A stretch of DNA of 64,000 nt. It comes from Euprymna scolopes. Taxonomy: Eukaryota. Below the pieces are notes generated by a model, which had not been told where the DNA came from, made no database searches, and saw only the letters and a list, made by a program, of their open reading frames with translations. Position 1 is the stretch's first letter, and every line of letters starts with the position of its first letter. Both the position numbers and the translations under genes were made by a program. Below, piece after piece: positions 56,607-64,000 of the stretch. The stretch lies in the NCBI GenBank assembly GCA_053919585.1, contig CM132794.1, one strand, 5' to 3'.

Positions 56607-59295
56607 TGTAGGGAAAAATTGTAGATATTGCGAAAATTATTTCCCTCAGAAACGCCCACGTGTCTGTGCACTTTATAAAGTCCAATTACATAAGAATAGA
56701 AAAAACTAAATAGTGGTGCTCAGTTAATTTTATGCTCAATGGCCACATATAAGTAACATTAATTCTCACCATTCATATGCAAATTCTATGGTCCTAGGCT
56801 GCATAAAAGTAATCAGTTTAAAGAATGAAGGTGTTTATTTGAAGAAGATGAGCCATGCATACATACTATGTTGAGGCATGGTGAATTATTACTTGACTCA
56901 ATACTTAAGGCCAAAGATGAAGAAAGCTACAAGCTATTTCAGGGATGAAGGGTAACATTTTTTATGTCTGATTCATTCAGGAGTTTAGTGTTGCTGCAGC
57001 TGATATGCCTGTTGTCGAGTAGATTGGAAATATGGAGCTTGTATGTGAGCCTTATGCTATGGATAATATTGAGCACATCCTGCAATTGCAAGTGGGAGCT
57101 CTAGCCATATACAGGCAACTTAGTTTGGAGCAGAAAGCAGACACAGAACAAATTAAGCAGGCGCTCATAACCACAGATGATACTGATACAGTTAATACCT
57201 ATGACCAGTTTGTTACTCGACAACTTCACCTAGATGAGATGGCAGACAAGTTTTCTGCTGAGTTGCAACACTTGGTCCAGTTCATTAGGGGATCATTGCC
57301 CAAATATTGGCTAACATATACATTCATCTCTGAACTACCAGAATATGTTAGACATCTACTACGTCTCATCCAAGACGGAAACAATGCGTGCAGAATAACT
57401 GTTGACCAGGGCATGAGCCATCATGACTGACAATGAAAGCCCTAAAGAATTGACTGCTGCTTCCATCAGGCAAACATCTTCAGAATCAAAAGCATGTGAT
57501 GACAGTAAAAAATATGTGTTCCTTTAAAAGCAGAAAGTAGTGGGAATTGTAGCAGTTAATGGAAAAGGTATCGGATGACTGAGGATACAGCAGAATACAG
57601 TTGGAGTTTTAGCAAGTTTTCAACATTGAAGCCTTAATTGTAAATAAACAGCTGTTGGATTTTGATTTACTCTTGATGATCAATGCAATCAGAGTGCTTG
57701 GTGGCGTTTATCTGATATAATTAGGCAAAGCACGTTTTGGAGGCCCGAACAAATGTGCTGCAATCTCAACTGATGATTCAGTCTTCAATGTGACATACAA
57801 TTGCAGTAACAAGGTATGGACTGCATCATGGAAATGAGTTAATGGTCATTCTCCCAACGAACTAACAGTGTGCAGGAATATGTGGTGCCTGATCATGCAA
57901 GGAATGCCTATGAGGATGAGCTCTTAAAGTGGTAGTAGAATGGATGGCTATTGCCATATCCCAAAGAAGAACTTAGCCCACTCTGGGATCTGATTCTCAT
58001 CATGGCAGTCATGCAAGAACAGAAGCAGAAAGTGCATCGGGTACTTGACTACCACAAATTAAACAATTTTGTGGATGTGTTCACTGCCAATGAAAAAGTG
58101 TGCATGCAAAAAATGAGAGAGTGGTAGAAATAATGAGTCAATGCTTTGCTTCTGGATCTGCGAAATGCATATCTTCAAATCCATGTTGATAAGGCACTGT
58201 GGCTGTTTCGAACAGTTATTTTTAGGGGCCCACTTCTGTCTTATGTGGTTGAAATATGGTGGCCACTGCACTGACCAGATGCAAGCACTGCCACCTAATA
58301 GTTGGAAAATGTTTTCCTTGAGTGAGGCCTATAAATGGAAATATTGTCTGACACTGACAGTGTCCACTGGTAAACTCTTTGGAAAATTTGCAAAGAATTA
58401 GCACATGTAGCTACAGTTTCGATATGCCTACTCACTGAGTGGACACAGGATTATAGAACAAAGTCATAGGACTGTTAAAACTATCAAGAACTGTTCAAAA
58501 TTACAGGTGGTCTACTAGCCCAACATCATCCCAAATGATGAACTTTCACCTTTCACAGAACTGGCTGATGCACTGCACAGATACCATGTCCTATTGCACA
58601 AACTAGAGGTGACCGAAAGGAGGCATAAAAAGGAGAGGGCATTTGGGTTAAAAACCCATGCAGCAAGTGCATGACAAAATATGGAATTGGACGCATTACT
58701 GAGGTGGTCAGCCAACAATCTGTGCAAATTAATAGGGTGCCTCATCACATTAAACAATTCCAATCAGTGATACAGATGCAACCATTAAGTGACAAAAGGG
58801 ATTCTGACGATAGTGAGTGTTTAATTTATTTGAAATCAAACTCACTAGACAATGATTCCAATATCAATAACTTCACAGCTGAGCAAGTATTTATTGAAAG
58901 TAAAACCATAGATGAAAGTATGCATGGGAATGAAGACTGCATCATTCCTCTTCAATGAAATACCTGACGGGCACTTACCCTGGCCTGTTTGTGATTATGA
59001 GATCAGATGTTGAAAAATTGTAGTAATGTTGAAAATGACTAACCTCAGAAACCTCCATGTTTCTGCAGGTTTTGTAAAGTCCAGTTACTAAACAGAAAAA
59101 CCAAAATGGCAATGCACAGCAAATTTCATACTAAACTGTCACACATAAGTAATGTAAATCTTCACTGTTAGTATACAAATTAGATGATACTGGGCTGAAA
59201 AAAGTAAGCCATTTAAAGAACAGGGCAGTTTGTTTGAAGAAGGCAAGCCATGGACACATACTACATTGACATGTGACAGATTATTTGGCTTAACA
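56607..59295 (+). mobile_element. Old internally deleted Ty3/Gypsy with both LTRs (~56607..56903 and ~59008..59295); same lineage as 4521..11834
   Basis: LTRs collinear but strongly diverged; gag remnant 57032..57430; LLDFDLLLMINAIRVLGG protease end; RT remnant KVHRVLDYHKLNNFVD, LLDLRNAYLQIHVD; integrase tail YGIGRITEVVSQQSVQINRVPHHIK. Confidence 0.85.
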
Positions 59296-59550
59296 CAAAA
59301 TCCAAAAGAGATGAAGAAAACTAGATTTTGTATTTATTATTATAAAGCCAGTTCTCTATTGATTATTGTATTGTACCCAATATACAGTAGTGATTTCAAA
59401 AGTTAAAATAAAAAATTTGACCTGGGTGCCATCAGCTAGAATTAAAACTAAAACATATAAATCTCCAACTTTACCCGTTAGTGTATGACATAAATTCATA
59501 CATATAGAGAAACTACAAAAAATAACGTTTAACCTATAACTTTTAATTAG

Positions 59551-60042
59551 CATTGGATGGGCTACATTCAGTATGGACTTCGAGACTGGCTGACAAACTG
59601 AAAAGGCAGTTCTTCAGAGCAGTGGTAGAGTCTGTCCTTGTTTACGGTGCTACAACCTGGACACTCACCAAAAGATTGGAAAGAAAACTAGATGGCACAT
59701 ACACCCGTATACTAAGAACAATATTAAATATATCTTGGCAAAATCATCCCACGAAGCAGCAACTTTATGGCAACCTACCTGCCATATCTATCACCATCAG
59801 AGAAAGACGCCTACGATTTGCCGGTCATTGTCTGAGGAGCAAGCATGAATTGGTGAGTGATGCATTGCTATGGACTCCACAACACGGACGTGCAAGCAGA
59901 GGACGACCTAGATCCACGTACATCCAACAAATAGCACACGACGCCAACTGTGAACCTGAAGATCTGAGGCAACTGATGGAAGACAGGAAACTCTGGAGAG
60001 GAAGAGTTGGTTCGGGCAAGGAGCCCGTCATGATGATGATGA
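59551..60042 (+). mobile_element. 5'-truncated RTE-group LINE 3' end with (TGA)n tail and 9-bp TSD
   Basis: FFRAVVESVLVYGATTWTL, RERRLRFAGHCLR, GRPRSTYI motifs; tail atgatgatgatga; tttaattag at 59542..59550 and 60043..60051. Confidence 0.9.
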
Positions 60043-60594
60043 TTTAATTAGGGCATACATACAAAAAAACGGGTATAATCACCTTCTGCCAGGCCAAGGT
60101 CAATGAGTTTTTTTTTCAATTTTGACCCCTTAATAACCAGCTAAAAAAAATCGAATGTGTTCCATGGGTTCAAATACCCATATTTCAAGTTTGTAGACCA
60201 AAAATTCAGAAAGGAGTTTGGTAGAACCTTTCTACATACAGAAACAGGCAAGGTCACTTTTATATATATTTTCAGATATATCTTAAAAACATGTGCATTT
60301 GCTAGTACTTTTTTATCCTAAATAATACTCAATTATGCACAGTGTAGAAAATATGCATAATTAGAACTGAGCATAATAGTAAAATGAAACCAATCATCCA
60401 ATAAGAAACCATAAAAAATGAATAATTAATTAAAGTTCGTTTTTCAAAAAATATGCAAATTAGTTAACTTTTATTTCGTCTCTTGTATATCCATGACTGA
60501 GTATATTAAGAAATTCGTTTTAATAATTTTTAAACAGAAAATGTAAGCTTTTAATATCAATGTAAGTGCGACAAAATACTCAAATTTAGATAGA

Positions 60595-61089
60595 TAGATA
60601 AATCTTGGAACAGGTATCTTGAATAAAGAATTTAGTGAGTTGCGATTTTTAAAAGAGGCGTGTAGAAAGTGAGGTAAAAAATAAGGTTATGGATATACCT
60701 GTATAAATTTTGCAACATATGAATATAGAATTAAGTGGGTTGAGGAATTCAAGATAGATGAACAAACATTAAATTTGAAAAGGATGATACAGGTCTTTAC
60801 GTGTAAAATCTTGCAATAGGCTTCTTGAATTTAAAATTTAGTTGGTTTATGATTTGAAGAGACGAATATAAAATAAAAGAGACAATGTGCATACATCTTC
60901 TAACAGCTATCTCTGATTTAGAATAGAGTGGCCGTTGGATTTCGAAAGAAACAAAAAAGTAAATTAGAAAATGAGGATGCAGATCTATATATGTATAAAT
61001 CTTTTAACAGGTATATTGAATATAGGATTAAGTGTGTTTCGGATTTGAAAAGAGATGAAGAAAAGTAAATTAGAAAATGAGGATGTAGG

Positions 61090-61090
<1 letters not shown>
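60595..61090. repeat. Degenerate ~100-bp tandem repeat (about 5 copies); related copies at ~56415..56606
   Basis: Recurring (t)ataaatcttgcaacaggtatcttgaata..gtgttgcggatttgaaaagag..aatgaggatg motif; followed by (AT)n ~61095..61132. Confidence 0.7.
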
Positions 61091-61134
<44 letters not shown>

Positions 61135-61909
61135 TTCAGAATAGTTTTTATTTAACAATCAGTTGTTATGGAAACGTGAGATTGTAGGTTTACAAAATAT
61201 TACTGGCAGTAATATTCTATAAGTTATCCCATCTAAACAGGAATTGCTCGATATGCAAGATAGAGCAAATAAATTAAATTGTAATTCAATGAATTTAAAA
61301 AAAAAACTCTCATTGAAATGAAATGAAGTGGTTGAGTTTCATATCAAAGAATTTTTATTATTCTAGGCAAGACAAAGAATGCTTTAGAAAATTAATCTCC
61401 TTAACCTATAGGGTTTCGATGTCTACCATCTCATCAGAGGAGAGAAAATATTAGCAAATATTTATAAAGGTATGCACCCTATTTGCTAAAGTCAGTGAGA
61501 CATGGAAAGTCAAAGTCAAAATAATAAATGTATCAGAAGTCCTGTAGCAGGAAGATTTGCAGAAAAAGGATATGAATGTTTTTTTTAGATCCAGCTTGCT
61601 TGGTAAAATCCATGTTATACGTTCTCTACATCCGTTTGGTAATAATGTCCAAGCTATATATTGGGTAATCCGCATAGCTGTGTAAATATCCGAATCGGGC
61701 AAGTGTTTGTATAAATTTGTTTGTGGGTCTAGCGATAATAATTCAAAGTCTGGTGGAAACCTTTTCATTAGAAGTCTATATTATTTTTAGTGGGGCGAAG
61801 TGTTAGGGAGAGTAGGTAGTGGTAAGTGGTAGGAAGTGGGGTGAAACATATGTGCATATTCATCCCCATGATGGTACGGTCCTTCACAAATTACTCCATG
61901 CAATCCCGA

Positions 61910-62222
61910 ACAATACTGTTGAATTGACACGCCACCAAACAATATCGTTGAATCGAAACTCCACTGAACAATATCGTTGAATCGACAAGTCATCAAAAAA
62001 TCTCATCAAATTGACCTGCCACTGATCAATATCATTGAATCGACGCACCACCAAACATCGTTGAACCGACACATCACCGAACAATATTGAATCAACACGC
62101 CACCAAACAATGTCATTGAATCGACACACCACCAAACACTATTGTCATCATCAACACGCCACCAAACAATATCATTGAATCGACATGTCATCAAACAGTC
62201 TCGTCGATTCGACACACCACGA
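61910..62222. repeat. 29-bp minisatellite, about 11 diverged copies
   Basis: Consensus acaatatcgttgaatcgacacgccaccaa in direct tandem, no spacers. Confidence 0.9.
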
Positions 62223-62244
62223 TACAAAATGCAATAATACAAGA

Positions 62245-64000
62245 CACGTTATCAGAGCAATTTTTTCAACCGCTCCCGAATGACTTATCGGCTTGTTTTT
62301 TATAGCTGTTGACCAAAACTAAATCATCGCTTTGGGGTAAAATAGATGTAGCTTATTTGTAGACTTGATTTGCAATCAAAAGACCCCAGGTTTACTTTTT
62401 GCTGCAGGTAGGCCAGACTCATATACTTATGTATTTTTGCGCATGCTCAGCACACTCCACCCTGATCTCAAGATCACACAAATGACAATGCTGGGCAGGC
62501 CATTTCCTCTTGGTATTTCGCTTTAAAGGTACAGGCTCAGGAACTTTCTCAGTGGTGCTTGCATCTACAGCATCATTAAACTCTTCCTGTTCTGGATCAT
62601 TGGGTGCATCATCTTCTGAGAAGCTTTCTTCATCTGGTTGTTCGTACAGCACTGGGGTTTCGTCATCTGATGAGGTGAGTTTGTCACTGATTATGCAATT
62701 ATGTCCGCATGCTGGGAGCACATCCTTTATGTGGCTTGGTGTTCTTTCAACTGAGATCGAGTGTTGGCTATTTAATTTTGTCAATGTTCCTGTGCCAAAC
62801 TGCGTTGTACATCTTCCTTGTAGATTCTTCACCCAAACCACATATTCCTCCTAGTATGGATTAGCAACTGTAGTGTCGAACACCATCACTTCATCAATAC
62901 CCTTGATACAGATCCTATAATTGTATAGCACATTCACAGATGCCGTCATTGCCGTGTTGTCATCCTTAGGTGTGACGTTGTGCCAGTACACTGCTTCTAA
63001 GACTGTGCACTTTGTTCTTGCTGCAATGTGCTTTATTGTGCGATGGGACCTCTTGATTATTCCATTTCCGGAGGGTACGTGGGTGCACTGAAATCAAATG
63101 TGTACGCACCCACATCTGTGACAAGTCAGCAAATTCTGATTCAAAGCAGAATCCTGTCGGTGCAACTGCCTCCAAATGGCAAAACAGTCTATCAACATCA
63201 AGTACAACTGAATGCCAAAATCTAGGGTTATAATCAGGATTCGGTTCTGGGGTTCGGGAAGGAGTGAGTCACTCTCTCGACAACAGCACGTTTCTCCCCT
63301 CTTCTTTTCCAATCGACCACACCTGGCCTCTCGCCACCAATGTCAGACCGCACAATCCGAACGTCAGCAATACAAAATTCTTTTCAAGAGAAGATGTTCA
63401 CGACTCTTTTCTCTCTGCTCCCCCAGGGAATTTTTCCCAGCTTTTATATCCTCCTATCTAGAAAAAAAAGGAAGAGACAGGAAAAAAAAATAGCTTCTCC
63501 CATCATGCCCTGCCTTCCCAAGATGCCCTTCATGTATACAAATGCGCTGGCTATCCTTTCCTTCTTCTTTCCCGAAGAGCGATGCAGATACGCCTGGTAC
63601 GTTTCTTTTTTTTTCTTCTTTTCTAACCATATACCCCACACAAAATGGATTATATCTATAGCAACTCTACTCCAGATTTCCGGGACATCAAGCTTACCTG
63701 GCTTCCAATTCACCGGAACCATTGCTTTTCACAACCATGCCTGTAGCAATGGAACTAGTGTCCACCCACACTGTAACATCTTCTCCACAGATACACCTTT
63801 CACTGGTTGCTCTCAAACAAATGTCTTCGATCATCCGTGCTAGAATAGGGATTCGCACTTCGTCATTTCATCCAGTTGTCATTCATCATATTTGCCCTTC
63901 ATTTTACAAACGCTGTAGCAATGCATAACCAGCCACACACCAGGAAATGACCAGTCAATTCCCTGCACACTGTAAATACAATTCAGCGAGTAAGTCTATT
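62245..64000 (-). mobile_element. Degenerate Ty3/Gypsy integrase region, PPT and 3' LTR; same lineage as 4521..11834; continues beyond the window
   Basis: WKPGKLDVPEIWSRVAIDIIHF / GIQLYLMLIDC..FAIWRQLHRQDS; VWVKNLQGRCTTQFGTG; gagatcagggtggag PPT at ~62454..62468; LTR left boundary uncertain. Confidence 0.85.
63221..63640. mobile_element. 420-bp solo-LTR-like insertion with 5-bp TSD inside the Gypsy integrase
   Basis: CAAAA at 63216..63220 and 63641..63645; termini tctagggttata / tataccccaca (imperfect TIR, TG mutated to TC); removal restores DIIHFGIQLY. Confidence 0.85.

Noticed and set aside
61451-61768. 105-aa minus-strand ORF, and 12878..13123
   Set aside because: No recognisable motif or convincing splice context.
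61910-62222. CRISPR array
   Set aside because: 29-bp units are contiguous with no unique spacers and are degenerate; ORFs over it are repeat artefacts.

Overview
AT-rich animal (metazoan) genomic DNA with two assembly gaps. The repeat repertoire is invertebrate-like and possibly cephalopod, which cannot be proven from the window. The centre is one apparently uninterrupted 34,020-bp phase 1-1 exon (14061..48080) encoding a Thr/Ser/Ile/Pro mucin-type domain built from a ~600-bp repeat with higher-order duplications. The flanks are nested, mostly dead retroelements: five Ty3/Gypsy copies, a solo LTR, CR1/L2, RTE, Penelope-like and a 5S-derived SINE, plus micro- and minisatellites. The most unusual structure is at 5724..9089. 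A U2 snRNA 5' fragment sits inside a Gypsy protease gene and has been hit at its branch-point-recognition sequence by a Tx1/L1-clade element (Keno-like, 14-bp TSD). It is followed by a head-to-tail array of four short, structured, non-coding units that all restart at the same U2 octamer. This is a candidate U2-hosted non-autonomous retroelement (SINEU/SIDE-like) system. One Gypsy also shows a perfect 16-bp LTR/PBS inverted repeat suggesting tRNA-independent self-priming.
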